Source of the DNA: Octopus sinensis
Taxonomy: Eukaryota
Direction of reading: 5' to 3'
Assembly: GCF_006345805.1 (NCBI RefSeq)
Contig: NC_043001.1
Location: 40,362,001-40,426,000 of the forward strand
Length of the DNA: 64,000 nt
The translations under genes and the position numbers were made by a program. This document shows positions 63,870 to 64,000 of this stretch, one piece after another. The notes beneath the pieces were generated by a model. It was not told where the DNA came from, did not search any database, and saw nothing but the letters and a program-made list of their open reading frames with translations. Numbering within the stretch: position 1 is the stretch's first letter; the number at the start of each line of letters is the position of its first letter.

Positions 63870-64000
63870 TGAAGTGGTTGTGAAAGTGCATGGCTAGGCT
63901 GTTCAGCTCATCATCAGATCATGGGTTCAATTCTTGGACCAGGCAGCATATTGTGTTCATGAGGACAGTTCTTCAACTTGTATTGCTCCAGTTCACTCAG
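63870..64000 (+). mobile_element. tRNA-derived SINE (second family), cut by window edge
   Basis: GGGTTCAATTC B-box-like motif and TTGCTCCAGTTCACTCAG as in the 52259 copy. Confidence 0.65.

Overview
AT-rich, repeat-dense eukaryotic DNA. The SINE/LINE repertoire and TA/TG microsatellite load suggest an octopus (coleoid cephalopod); this is an inference. I assembled two spliced protein-coding genes by hand, arranged head-to-head with start codons only 234 bp apart. (1) COMMD9 on the + strand: 6 exons, 28131-57072, 600 nt CDS = 199 aa, all GT-AG introns with consistent phases. (2) An unnamed 4-exon gene on the - strand (27896-25424) encoding a 131-aa, highly acidic, predicted disordered protein with a C-terminal bipartite NLS. 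It resembles both vertebrate prothymosin/parathymosin and insect Df31, and has a candidate 24-nt microexon and a candidate poison exon. The shared promoter carries E2F, CCAAT, E-box and Inr-like motifs. The rest is mostly decayed transposons: mariner DD34D, maT-like DD37D, fold-back/MITE elements, CR1-group and RTE LINEs, Penelope-like GIY-YIG remnants and tRNA-derived SINEs. Other oddities are a 76-bp perfect palindrome, a LINE/SINE pair sharing a covarying 3' stem-loop, and a CpG-retaining domain in COMMD9 intron 2 containing a pre-miRNA-like hairpin. Repeat boundaries are approximate unless TIR/TSD positions are quoted.
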